A DNA stretch of 63,012 nucleotides from Coleofasciculus sp. B1-GNL1-01 (GTDB taxonomy: Bacteria; Cyanobacteriota; Cyanobacteriia; Cyanobacteriales; Coleofasciculaceae). The notes beneath the pieces are model-generated. The model saw only the letters and a program-made list of their open reading frames with translations, had not been told where the DNA came from and searched no databases. This document shows, in pieces, positions 48,225 through 59,300 of this stretch. Both the position numbers and the translations under genes were made by a program. Position 1 is the first letter of the stretch, and each line of letters opens with the position of its first letter. The stretch lies in assembly GCA_040220235.1 (NCBI GenBank), contig JAVJTO010000143.1, one strand, 5' to 3'.

Positions 48225-48764
48225 ATGATCACTACTCCTGTTGGACAACAAGTTTTCTCATTGGAAGACTATATGCAAAATCCTCCCGATCGCATGGAGT
48301 GGATTAATGGTAAACTTGTTGAGAAAAATGGCATGACGTTTAAGCACAGTGTCACTCAATCCAGATTAGATTATTACTGGAGGAGTTATAAACTATCCAG
48401 TGAGCAAGGGGGAGAGGTATTGACAGAAGCCCCCTGTCGTACTAAAAAGCAAGGGCGGCGTCCCGATGTTGCTTATATCACTCGCGAATTGCTTGAAGAG
48501 TATGGTGAGTTTGAGGTACTTCCTGTCAGTTTTCCGTTAATTGCTGAAGTGGCTTCTCCGACTGACTTAGTTGAGGATTTTTGGGCAAAGGCGACTGAGT
48601 ATTTGGAGTCAGGTTGTCAGGAAGTTTGGTTAGTCTTACCAGAGAATCGCTTAATATTTGTGCTGACTCAAACTCAAAAGTTATGGTTTGGTAAGGGTGA
48701 GGTGGCAAGGACACAGGAGGTATTACAAGGATTTAGTGTAGCAGTGGATGAATTATTGGATTGA
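48225..48764 (+). CDS. Uma2-family endonuclease
   Basis: EWING.L, RRPDVAY, EVASP, K..EYLESG.QEVW. Confidence 0.92.
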   Translation: MITTPVGQQVFSLEDYMQNPPDRMEWINGKLVEKNGMTFKHSVTQSRLDYYWRSYKLSSEQGGEVLTEAPCRTKKQGRRPDVAYITRELLEEYGEFEVLPVSFPLIAEVASPTDLVEDFWAKATEYLESGCQEVWLVLPENRLIFVLTQTQKLWFGKGEVARTQEVLQGFSVAVDELLD

Positions 48765-49033
48765 TATTACAGCGCTTTTGGTAGTAAGTGAAGTACACAG
48801 ACAGATCCCCGACTTCTTGAAGAAGTCGGGGATCTTGCTTAAGGCTTGACCTCCTCAACCACCAAATCTGCTGTATGTTTGTCTAAACAGTTATTATTTC
48901 TATACTTTGCATCCCTACTCTTTGCCTTCTGCCCTTTGTCTTGTCCCTACCAAAACGGGGGTAGTCGATTTTTCGGCGTTGGTAAGGGCGCACATCTATG
49001 CGCCCCTACTTGTGTCAAAACGTATTTCTGAAT

Positions 49034-49065
49034 AAAAAGGGAGAATCTCCACGAATTCTCCCTTT
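49034..49065 (-). terminator. Probable intrinsic terminator of the glucosidase cluster
   Basis: AAAGGGAGAAT/ATTCTCCCTTT stem with a U-tract on the minus strand, ~25 nt after the stop at 49090. Confidence 0.6.
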
Positions 49066-49089
49066 GTTATCGCTATTGGCAATTAAACC

Positions 49090-50811
49090 CTATTCAGTTT
49101 CCGGCGAATAATTGCCAAAATAAACGCCATAGCCGGGAATTTCTACCACCCCGTTATACCGTCGGTTGGTAAAATCAGACTCATCGGCTCGATAACAGTT
49201 GGGGTAGGGCGATAAATCATAATGCACAGGCATTGGACTCAAATTAAACAGACAAATCAGGTTTTGTTCGTCACATTGGCGAGTAAACCCGAGTAACGGT
49301 TCCTCTGTCTCCAATAGGGTTAAATCCCCCTTGAGTAACGCTGGCTGTTTCTTGCGCCAATGAATCAAACGGCGATATTTATTCAACAGAGACATCCGTT
49401 CGTGATCCTGTTGATCAATCGCTTGGTCGCGATGTTCATCGGGAATGGGTAGCCAGGGTTCTTCTGCTGTGGTAAAGCCAGCATTGGGCGCATCTTTCTG
49501 CCAAGGGAGAGGGGTGCGTGACCCATCTCGACCCACAATTGACGGATACCCCGCTAGTCCAAAGGGGTCTTGCATTTTTTCAAAGGGAATCGTGGCTTGG
49601 GTTAAGCCGAGTTCATCCCCTTGATAAATACAGCACCCTCCCCGCAAGGAAAGCTGGAGCGCGATAAATAGATGATCAAAGACGGCGTGGGTAAATTTAT
49701 CATCAATCAGAAACTTCAGCCAGCGACTTTTCAGTCGGGGAAAATCATGGGTTCCTCCTGTCCAGCAGATGACGCCATCTTGGAAATGGCTTTCTACCTG
49801 CTCAATCATGTCCCGCACTCGCTTATAACTCAACGGTTCATCGTGCATCAAGGCTGAGTTATAGGCTGTATGTAAGCGTTTCTCTCCTTTAACATATTCA
49901 CTGGACGTAACTACCGTATCTTCAGCCGAACTAATTTCAGCTAATGTCATTGTTCCGGGATATTGATCCATCAATTCCCGAATTGGTTCGAGAAATTCTA
50001 AGGTTTCCGGTTGGCAGAAATTATATTTATTCCATTGGGAGAAAAAGGGATCGTGAGCATCTGCCCCGGCTGGACGTTTCCTATTTTTGGGTCGAGGTGG
50101 ATTATCCCGCAGTTGGCGGTCGTGGGTAAAGAAGTTTACCACATCTAGGCGGAAACCATCGACTCCCATATCTAGCCAAAACTTGGCGACATCCAGAATG
50201 GCTTGTCTAACTTCTGGGTTATACCAGTTTAAATCCGGCTGTTCGGCGAGGAAATTGTGCAGGTAATACTGTTCTCGTTGAGGGTCCCATGTCCACGCAC
50301 TTCCGCCAAAGGTGGAAAGCCAGTTGGTGGGGGGTGTCCCATCGGGTTTGGCATCTGCCCAGACATACCAGTCGGCTTTGGGATTGTCGTGACTACTGCG
50401 ACTCTCTAGAAACCAGGGGTGTTCGTTTGAGGTGTGGTTCCAGACTTGATCAATGAGTACCTTTAACCCCAAATCATGTGCCTTATTCAGGAGATTCTGG
50501 AAGTCTTCCATCGTGCCGAACATGGGTTCGATCGCACGATAGTCAGAAATATCATAACCAAAGTCCTTCATCGGGGACTTGAAAAACGGGGAAACCCAAA
50601 CCGCATCAACGCGAAGGGAGGCGATATAGTCTAGTTTTTGCATGATCCCCTTCAGATCACCGATACCGTCGCCGTTACTATCCATGAAGCTGCGGGGATA
50701 GACCTGATAGATAACGGCACTACGCCACCACTCATGGGATTGTTGATGTTGATCGGGTTTTTTAACCGGGTCTGTGGTAGATGTGGGGTTGAGGGTGGAT
50801 TGTTCACTCAT
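49090..50811 (-). CDS. GH13 alpha-glucosidase (copy 1)
   Basis: YQVYPRSF.D, GFRLDVVN, LAEI, THDFPR, RDGSRTP. Confidence 0.95.
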   Translation of the reverse strand: MSEQSTLNPTSTTDPVKKPDQHQQSHEWWRSAVIYQVYPRSFMDSNGDGIGDLKGIMQKLDYIASLRVDAVWVSPFFKSPMKDFGYDISDYRAIEPMFGTMEDFQNLLNKAHDLGLKVLIDQVWNHTSNEHPWFLESRSSHDNPKADWYVWADAKPDGTPPTNWLSTFGGSAWTWDPQREQYYLHNFLAEQPDLNWYNPEVRQAILDVAKFWLDMGVDGFRLDVVNFFTHDRQLRDNPPRPKNRKRPAGADAHDPFFSQWNKYNFCQPETLEFLEPIRELMDQYPGTMTLAEISSAEDTVVTSSEYVKGEKRLHTAYNSALMHDEPLSYKRVRDMIEQVESHFQDGVICWTGGTHDFPRLKSRWLKFLIDDKFTHAVFDHLFIALQLSLRGGCCIYQGDELGLTQATIPFEKMQDPFGLAGYPSIVGRDGSRTPLPWQKDAPNAGFTTAEEPWLPIPDEHRDQAIDQQDHERMSLLNKYRRLIHWRKKQPALLKGDLTLLETEEPLLGFTRQCDEQNLICLFNLSPMPVHYDLSPYPNCYRADESDFTNRRYNGVVEIPGYGVYFGNYSPETE

Positions 50812-50935
50812 ACGCGATTAATTTTATCGTTACCTCTTGTCGCTTTACTCTGTACTTCTGTACTAAGGCTCTAAGTACAGCCTGACATAAATTTTTGGCG
50901 AATGGAGAAATTCTTGACATCCCGCCAACGTTACA

Positions 50936-52615
50936 TTAGATTATCTCTCCAAAAAAGACACCATAAGCAGGAAGTTTGAGGGTATCGCCTTGTCTATCGG
51001 CCGTAAACCCTGAATCTGTGATGTCTTTGACTTGCGGATAATCGGCTAAATCATAGTGAGTGGGTACATCACCCCAATTAAATAGACACAGTAAACACTG
51101 TTGTTCACCGTCGCGGATAAACGCCAAAATTGGTTCCTCTGTCTGTAAAATCTTCGTCTCGCCTTGGATGAGGGCGGGTTGCTGTTTGCGCCAATGCAAC
51201 AGACGCCGCCAGGTATTTAATAAGGAATTGGAGTCTTTGTGTTGAATATCAACAGCATAAGGGATATGCTCCTCTGGTATGGGTAACCACGACTGTTTTG
51301 CCTCAGTGAAGCCTGCATTCGCCGCATCTGCTTGCCAAGGCATGGGGGTGCGGGAGGCATCTCGTCCGGGGATATCGGGGTAAAGGGCTTTGCCAAAGGA
51401 GTCTTTCATCTGTTGGGCGGGGATATCGTCGGGAATCTCGGCATCGGTTAACCCTAATTCATCCCCCTGATACAGACAAAAGGCTCCGGGTAACGAGAGG
51501 AGCATTGCCGCGATCGCATGATAAAATTCCTCTGGATAAGGATTACCCTGGGCATCTTTTCCCGTCCAACGGGATTTCAAGCGACGGTAATCATGATTTC
51601 CGGCTATCCAACAGTTCCCCCCACTGGAGAAATGGTGTTCTATCCGTTCCAAGGTTTCACGCATCTGAGTGGCGCTGAAGGGGTTCTGGAAAAATAGCGA
51701 ACTGTTGTACACCAGATGTAATCGTTCGCTTCCGGTAACATAATCGCTGGAGATCGCGATCGCATCTTCCGACAGTGTAACTTCTCCTAACGTAATCGCC
51801 TCATAACAATCAACATGTTGGCGAATTTGTTGCAGAAGCTGGTAATTTTGGGCATCACATATTTGATTGTGGAACAGTTGCTTGGCTAAGGGATTAGCCG
51901 AGAGGATACCATCCGGGGGTGACGCATCCTCTGGACGCGGCGGGTTATCTTGTAATTTGGGGTCATGAATCAAGAAATTGACCGCATCTAAGCGGAATCC
52001 ATCCACACCCCGTTCTAACCAAAACGTGGCACATTTGAAAATGGCATCTACGACTTGGGGATTGTGTAGATTTAGTTTGGGCTGAAACTCTAAGAAGTCA
52101 TAAAAATAAAATTGTTCTCGCTGAGGTGCCCATACCCAAGCACTTTTTCCCAAAAACACCGATAACCAATTATTCGGTGGAGAACCATCTTCCTGGGGAT
52201 CTGCCCAAACATACCAATCGGCTTTTGGATTATCCCGACTTTGGCGACTTTCTAAGAACCAAGGATGCTGATCTGAGGTATGATTCCACACCTGATCAAT
52301 AATTACTTTTAAGCCTAAATTATGAGCATCTGCCAAAAGCTGATCAAAATCCTCCAAAGTACCAAAATCTGGATCAATGGTATACATATCTGTCACGTCA
52401 TAGCCAAAATCATCCATCGGCGATTCAAATAATGGGCATAACCAGATAGCATCCACACCCAGGGCGGTAATGTAATCCAGATGAGCAATAATTCCTGGAA
52501 TATCACCGATACCATCGCCATTACTATCGTAAAAGCTGCGAGGATAAATCTGATAGATAATGGCATTCCGCCACCAATCAATCAATTGAGGATTTTTACA
52601 GTTGACGTTATTCAT
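50936..52615 (-). CDS. GH13 alpha-glucosidase (copy 2)
   Basis: YQIYPRSF, GFRLDAVN, LGEV, NHDYRR; start at 52615. Confidence 0.95.
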   Translation of the reverse strand: MNNVNCKNPQLIDWWRNAIIYQIYPRSFYDSNGDGIGDIPGIIAHLDYITALGVDAIWLCPLFESPMDDFGYDVTDMYTIDPDFGTLEDFDQLLADAHNLGLKVIIDQVWNHTSDQHPWFLESRQSRDNPKADWYVWADPQEDGSPPNNWLSVFLGKSAWVWAPQREQFYFYDFLEFQPKLNLHNPQVVDAIFKCATFWLERGVDGFRLDAVNFLIHDPKLQDNPPRPEDASPPDGILSANPLAKQLFHNQICDAQNYQLLQQIRQHVDCYEAITLGEVTLSEDAIAISSDYVTGSERLHLVYNSSLFFQNPFSATQMRETLERIEHHFSSGGNCWIAGNHDYRRLKSRWTGKDAQGNPYPEEFYHAIAAMLLSLPGAFCLYQGDELGLTDAEIPDDIPAQQMKDSFGKALYPDIPGRDASRTPMPWQADAANAGFTEAKQSWLPIPEEHIPYAVDIQHKDSNSLLNTWRRLLHWRKQQPALIQGETKILQTEEPILAFIRDGEQQCLLCLFNWGDVPTHYDLADYPQVKDITDSGFTADRQGDTLKLPAYGVFFGEII

Positions 52616-52774
52616 AGGCAATAGGGAACAGGGAGATGAAAGAGATGGGAAATGGGGCAGATAAATGATCAATTAGAAAAGAGTTTTATGTGTAAGGGCG
52701 GGTTTCATTACTATCATTTTTTGCCCACTCTAATGTCACTAAAACCGCCCTGTCTAAATGATATGATAAATTGC

Positions 52775-54454
52775 TTACTCGTCAGCTTCAGATAAGTTCA
52801 ATTCTCCAAAAAAGACACCATAAGCCGGAATCTTTAACATATCACCGGATCGGTCTGCGGTAAACCCAGACCCCTTAACTTCCTGACAGTCTGGATAAGC
52901 CGATAAATCATACTGGACTGGCGTATCACCGAGATTAAACATACACAGTAAACGCTGTTCAGCGGATTCCCGAATAAAAGCAAATAAAGGTTCATCGGTA
53001 TCCAGAACTTTAGCATTCGTCATTCCCCACATTAAAGCGGGTTGCTCTTGACGCCAATGCATCAGCCGCCGCCAGGTATTTAATAGGGAGTTGGGATCAG
53101 GTTCTTGGTCATTGACGGCTTGATTCAAATGAGGCTTGGGAACAGGTAACCAGGCACGTTGGGCGATAGTAAATCCAGCATTGGCGGCATAAGATTTCCA
53201 AGGCATCGGGGTGCGGGAACCGTCGCGTCCAGGGACTTCTGGGTACAGGGCTTTACCAAAGGGATCTTTAATGTCTTCGGGGGGAATATCTTCTGGAATC
53301 TTGGCTTCGGGTAAGCCTAACTCATCGCCCTGATAGAGGCAAAACGTCCCTGGCATAGCCAGTAACATTGCTGCAATTCCATGATAAAATTCATCGGGAT
53401 AGGGATTCCCATTGACATCCTTTCCAGTCCAACAGGATTTGAGACGACCATAATCATGATTCCCGACAATCCAACAATTACCACCGTCGCTGAAATAATG
53501 TTCTACTTTCTTCAGGGTATCGTGCATTAACTTAGCGCTAATGGGTTCATCAACCAGCAAGGCACTGTTATATGCCATATGCAGTTTATCGGGTCCCACA
53601 TGCTGACTCGATAGCACAATTGAGTCTTCACAAAATGTGACTTCAGCTAAGGTGATTACCCCAGGATACTGATCCACCAGTTCCCGAATCGGTTTGAGGG
53701 CTTCAAAGGTTTCTTCACGGCAGAAATTGTACTTAAACAGTTGCCGAACAATGGGATTATCAGGGGCGACACCATCGGGTAAGGGTGCATCATCGGGGCG
53801 AGGCGGATTGTCTCGCAATTGGGGATCATGTAAGAAAAAGTTAGGCGCATCAACCCGAAAACCATCTACACCTAACTCCAGCCAGAATTTTGCCCGTTTC
53901 ATCAAAGCATCAACGACTTCCGGATTATGCCAATTCAAATCCGGTTGACTGGGGAGAAAATTATAGAAGTAAAATTGTTGACGTTCACCAGACCATTGCC
54001 AAGCGCTTTCACCCATAAAAGCAGATAGCCAATTATTCGGAGGTGAACCATCTTCTTTGGGATCTGCCCAGACATACCAATCGGCTTTGGGATTATCCCG
54101 ACTTTTTTTACTTTCCTGGAACCAATGATGCTGATCTGAGGTGTGATTCCAAACTTGATCAAGCATGACTTTCATGCCCAGGGCGTGAGATAAGTTTAGT
54201 AATCGCTCAAAGTCTTTCAGCGTACCAAACATCGGATCAACCTTACGCATGTCAGTAATGTCATACGCTAGATCATTCATCGGGGATTGAAAGATGGGCG
54301 TTAACCAGATGGCATCGACGCCAAGGGCGGCAATATAATCGAGTTTCTCTATAATCCCTTCTAAGTCTCCTTTACCATTTTCTGTGGTGTCTTTGAAACT
54401 CCACGGCGAAATCTGATAAATGACAGCGTTTTTCCACCATTGTTGACGTTGCAT
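52775..54454 (-). CDS. GH13 alpha-glucosidase (copy 3)
   Basis: YQISPWSF, GFRVDAPN, LAEV, NHDYGR; GGAGG RBS. Confidence 0.95.
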   Translation of the reverse strand: MQRQQWWKNAVIYQISPWSFKDTTENGKGDLEGIIEKLDYIAALGVDAIWLTPIFQSPMNDLAYDITDMRKVDPMFGTLKDFERLLNLSHALGMKVMLDQVWNHTSDQHHWFQESKKSRDNPKADWYVWADPKEDGSPPNNWLSAFMGESAWQWSGERQQFYFYNFLPSQPDLNWHNPEVVDALMKRAKFWLELGVDGFRVDAPNFFLHDPQLRDNPPRPDDAPLPDGVAPDNPIVRQLFKYNFCREETFEALKPIRELVDQYPGVITLAEVTFCEDSIVLSSQHVGPDKLHMAYNSALLVDEPISAKLMHDTLKKVEHYFSDGGNCWIVGNHDYGRLKSCWTGKDVNGNPYPDEFYHGIAAMLLAMPGTFCLYQGDELGLPEAKIPEDIPPEDIKDPFGKALYPEVPGRDGSRTPMPWKSYAANAGFTIAQRAWLPVPKPHLNQAVNDQEPDPNSLLNTWRRLMHWRQEQPALMWGMTNAKVLDTDEPLFAFIRESAEQRLLCMFNLGDTPVQYDLSAYPDCQEVKGSGFTADRSGDMLKIPAYGVFFGELNLSEADE

Positions 54455-54994
54455 GAGACCTCCTTTTTTTTAACAGAAACAGCACAACGAATCTCAAGTC
54501 TAATTAACCCGATTGCAGGTGGAATGCCATAGAGTATGGCGTGGTTCTCACTTAGCCTTTCTAGGCGATACGAAGGAGACAATTGCCCCTTACATTTACA
54601 CCGACTAACGGTTTAGCCGCAGCTTTGGGTCATTCCTGCGGCAATAATCTAGGATTTTCTGGTTCACTGGCAGCCACCAATCTACAGGACTATCCTGACA
54701 GGGGGTAGGCTGATGATTCATCCTTCTAGAGTAGGAAGATGGGGGAGAGGGGGTGATGGGGTGATGGGGTGATGGGGTGATGGGGTGATGGGGGAGAGAA
54801 GAATTTTATCGGCGGAACCATGAACAATGAACTATGAACTATGAACCATCAAATCTTGCAGAAAGCTAGGGATATCGCTAGACTCAAAGACGAGCAAAAT
54901 TTGTGGAGTGTTGACCGCGCCATCGGTAAATCTGGATCGGGAACTCTCAAAAGCAGAATAATAATCTAGTTCTTTGTTCAATGAGGAACAGCTT

Positions 54995-56230
54995 ATGTCC
55001 GCAACAGAGTGGGAATTTGAAGCTTTATTAGAGTATCTCAAGTACAGCCGTGGCTGCGATTTTACCGGGTACAAACGTTCTAACTTAGTGCGCCGATTCC
55101 ATGTTCGGATGCGGGAGTTAAAGATTGACAGCTATGCAGACTACTTGCACTATTTGCAGAGCCATTCCCAGGAATATATCCCTCTATTAAATACTGTCTT
55201 AATTAACCTGACCAGCTTTTTTCGCGATCGCGCCTCCTGGGAGTACCTAGCCAACGAACTCATCCCCAAAATCATCGCCAGCAAACAGCCCGATGAACCG
55301 ATTCGAGTGTGGAGTGCCGCCTGTGCGTCTGGGCAGGAACTCTATAGCCTCATTATCCTATTTGCGGAAGTGTTGGGCATCAAATCCTGCTTACAGCGCC
55401 TTCAATTTATTGCCACCGATTGGGATAAGGATGCCCTCTCTCAAGCCCGAAACGCCACATATAAACCAAAAGACGTCAGCGCAATTCCTGCTGATCTGCT
55501 GGAGAAATACTTTGAGCAAACCGAACAAGGCGATTATATCTTTCATCGACAACTTCGCCGCACGATCATCTTCGCTTATCATAACCTGGCAAAACATGCA
55601 CCCATGTCTAAAATCGATTTGCTGGTGTGCCGCAATGCCCTAATGTACTTCAAATCAGACATTCAAATTACCATTCTGATTCGCTTTCATTTTGGACTCA
55701 AAAATAACGGCTTTCTCTTCTTAGGTCAGCCAGAGATGGTCATGACTCGCAGACCAATTTTCACACTTGTTAACTTCAAGCATCGGGTTTATCAGAAAGG
55801 GGTAAAACTGGAGTTAGAGGAACACTTGCAAATCTGTTCGCGATCGCGCAAAAAGCCAGCCATCGATTCTCCAGTTACCGATATCCGCGTCTGGCAAACA
55901 GCCTTTGAGAGAAGTCCCTTCGCCCAGCTAGCTGTAGACAGCAACCGTTGCTTAATCCTGGCGAATGCAAAGGCAAATACTCTATTTGACTTAACCCTCA
56001 ACGATCTGGGGAATTCCCTGGAAAAGCTCACACTTGGGCAGCTTCCGGGTTTATGCCAATCTATCGAAAAAGCCAATCGCGATCGCTATCCCGTCACGCT
56101 GGAAAATGTAGCCTGGAAAACTGACAATGATACAACCTATTTCGATCTTTCTATTACCCCCGTTTTTAATGTGGACGCTCAAGTGATTTGTTTGAGGGAA
56201 GTCTCCCCCCCCCGAACAAATGTACTATAA
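54995..56230 (+). CDS. CheR-type methyltransferase with C-terminal PAS domain
   Basis: DFTGYKR, T.FFRD, RVWSAACASGQE.YS, DLLVCRN.LMYF; PAS after residue ~300. Confidence 0.9.
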   Translation: MSATEWEFEALLEYLKYSRGCDFTGYKRSNLVRRFHVRMRELKIDSYADYLHYLQSHSQEYIPLLNTVLINLTSFFRDRASWEYLANELIPKIIASKQPDEPIRVWSAACASGQELYSLIILFAEVLGIKSCLQRLQFIATDWDKDALSQARNATYKPKDVSAIPADLLEKYFEQTEQGDYIFHRQLRRTIIFAYHNLAKHAPMSKIDLLVCRNALMYFKSDIQITILIRFHFGLKNNGFLFLGQPEMVMTRRPIFTLVNFKHRVYQKGVKLELEEHLQICSRSRKKPAIDSPVTDIRVWQTAFERSPFAQLAVDSNRCLILANAKANTLFDLTLNDLGNSLEKLTLGQLPGLCQSIEKANRDRYPVTLENVAWKTDNDTTYFDLSITPVFNVDAQVICLREVSPPRTNVL

Positions 56231-56323
56231 AAAGGGGTTTGGTGACAAATGGAAAATGATGATTCCTACTGTTAATTTTAATTGTCCTCACCTACTTATG
56301 AAAGGGGTTTGGTGACCAAACCC

Positions 56324-59300
56324 CTACTGTTGCTTTAACACTAATAACGTGATGTCATCAAAAACCTTTTGCTGACCAATATATTGCCGTACATCCTCAA
56401 TGACAATCTGGCGGATTTCTGAGGCTGATTGGTGACGATGGGCTTGTACGATCTCACAGAGTCGTTGGAGTCCATAGTGGGACTGATGGATATTTTCTGC
56501 TTCGGTAATACCATCAGTATAGAGAACGACAACATCACCAGAATTTAACTGGATTCTTGCTTGGGCAATAAATTCAATAATATCAGCATCTAACCCGATA
56601 GGGAAGCCTAAATCAAGGGTATCAATTTTTTCTAACCTGCCATCGGTTCGCACTACAATTATTTCCTCATGTTGACCACTCAGGGTGATAAATCCATCGG
56701 CGTAGTCAATTAAAATTAGGGTCATATTTTTATAACAATCCATCCGCTGTAAATTGGCGTAAAGGGTGCGATTGAGAATATCTAAAAAGCGCACCGGATC
56801 AGTTTCATGACTATTTTGCAACGTCCGAATCGCGGTTTGTGCCATAATCATCAACACACCACTCTCTAAACCATGTCCTGTGACATCACCAATGCCAATT
56901 TTGACCCGTCCCATATCGGTGAGGACATCATAATAGTCTCCCCCCACTTCCTCAGCCGATTCCATAAATCCGGCAATCTCTAACCCTTCAATTCCATCTA
57001 ATTCAGATGCTTTGGGTAAAACCATTTGTTGCATTTTTCGCACTACATCTAACTCCGTCGCTAATCGCAGATTTTCCGCCTGGAGATGTTTGATATTCAG
57101 ATGAGTTTGGATGCGGGCTAAAAGTTCGTCTTTGGAAATTGGTTTACTTAAATAGTCATTCGCACCACTATTTAAACCTGTGACAATATCTTGCACTTGG
57201 TTTTTTGCCGTTAACAGTAGAATCGGGAGTTCTGTGGAATTGAAGCGCTGACGGAGTTTTTCGGTGAGTTCATATCCCGTCATTTTCGGCATCATCACGT
57301 CCAGGAGAATGATATCAGGACGTAAGCCATTTGTAATCAGTTCCAGGGCTTCTTGTCCGTTATTGGCTTGAGTGATGACATAGTTTTGTAGAGAAAGGTT
57401 ATTTCTTAAAACTTGCAGATTGATTGGTTCATCGTCAACGATTAACACATGAATACCTGGGGAATCAGAGAGGGAATCTTGTGGCGTAGTCGGGGGAACA
57501 GAAGCGGGAATTTCTGAACCTATAGTTTCTGCGATCGCCTGACGCGGCGGTTGAGGTTCTGCGGACTGATTGGAAAGGGGTAAAGTAACGCTAAACTGTG
57601 ACCCTTCTCCCAGTTTAGAAGTGACATGAATTGTGCCGCCATGCAGTTCTACCAAATGTTTAGTTACCGCCAATCCTAAACCCGTCCCGCCATATTCTCT
57701 GGCTGTGGTGCCTTCCCCTTGTTCAAATGAGACAAAAATGCGCTCAAGTTTATCTTCTGGGATGCCGATTCCCGTGTCAGAAACCGTAAGGATTATTTGT
57801 CCTGGGTTATCAGGGTTTTGAGTTGAGGAAGGAGGAGGTGAGACAACGGCGGCGGAGACAGTTATCTGTCCAGAAGGGGTAAATTTAATCGCATTTCCCA
57901 CTAAATTATGTAAAATTTGTTGCAGACGATTTTCATCGGCTTGGGCAGCGGGTAGATCGGCGGGAATCGCGTTGATTAGTTTTACATCTTTGTGGGTAAT
58001 TAGGGGTTGACTTAACATCAGTACGATGTCAGTAATTGACCGTAAATCAACGGGTTTTAGTTGCAGGTCTAGGTGTTGATGTCTGAGTTTGGCAAAATCT
58101 AAAATATCATTGACTAAACTGGACAAACGGCGACCACTAGAGACAATCATCGCTAAGTTATTGCGTGTGGTTTCAGGTAAGTCTCCGGTTACCCCATCCA
58201 TCAGAGATTCAGCAATACCAATAATTCCATTCAAAGGCGTGCGGAGTTCGTGAGAGGTGTTGGCTAAAAATTCATCTTTGAGTTGATCCAGGCGTTGCAA
58301 TTCTTCATTTTGCTGCGCCAAGGTTTCAAAGGAACCTTGCAATTGTTTTGCCATCGTATTAAAGGATTTCGCCAACTCCCCCACTTCATCAGACCGTTGT
58401 CCCTCAACGGTTTGATCCCATTCCCCCTGGGCGATGGCTTTAGCGGCGGTATTCAGGCGTAAAATCGGTTGAGTCACCCAACGGGCAAGGAGAATACCGA
58501 CAGCAATGGAGAGAATTAAAGCAGCGATACAGAGTGCGATCGTATTGCGGGTATTGCGGTTAATTTGTGCCATAAAATCGACTTCCGGAATCACCACCAC
58601 AATCAACCAATCCAAACCAAACTCATCCTGATAGGGCGTGACTTGAACGATTTGGCGTTTACCCTCTAGCGTAAAGTCAAGGTGCTGGGGATGAGTAATT
58701 TGGTTAAATTCACTAAATTTATCCTGCAAAAATAATGCCGCTTCTCGGACTAACGGGTTCTGACTTTCAACGGCTTGGAGGCGATTGATTTGTTCATTTT
58801 CCTGAGTAAAGGGCGAGTCCTTGGTTGAGGAGGCGACTAACAAGCCGTTGTGTTCCATAATAAAAATTTGACCCGTTTTGCCAATCTCTAAACTCCGGAG
58901 AAATTCACCAATTGCTGACAAGGATAAATCAACCGCAAATACTGCCGTTAACTCGTCTTGGGCATTATAAATCGGTCGCACAGCCGGGAGTGCTAGATTA
59001 GGATAGGGAGCAGCCCAAACATAGATATCCCCCCAAACTGGAGTTTTGGCATCTTTTGCCGTCAGATACCAAGGACGTTGCTGGAGTTCGTAATTGGGAA
59101 TAACGGATAATAGCTTTTGGCGATTTCCTTGTGCATCCGTTTGATAAGTTTTAAATCCTTTATTGGCAGAGTTTCCCGTCCAGTAGGCGACATGGGGAAG
59201 CTGATTGGGAACTTGTTCAGCCCCACTAAAAACATCCTGGGGAGTTCCTACATAGATATAACTCATTTGCTCAAACAAGCGAAGCTGCTTCCAGAAATGG

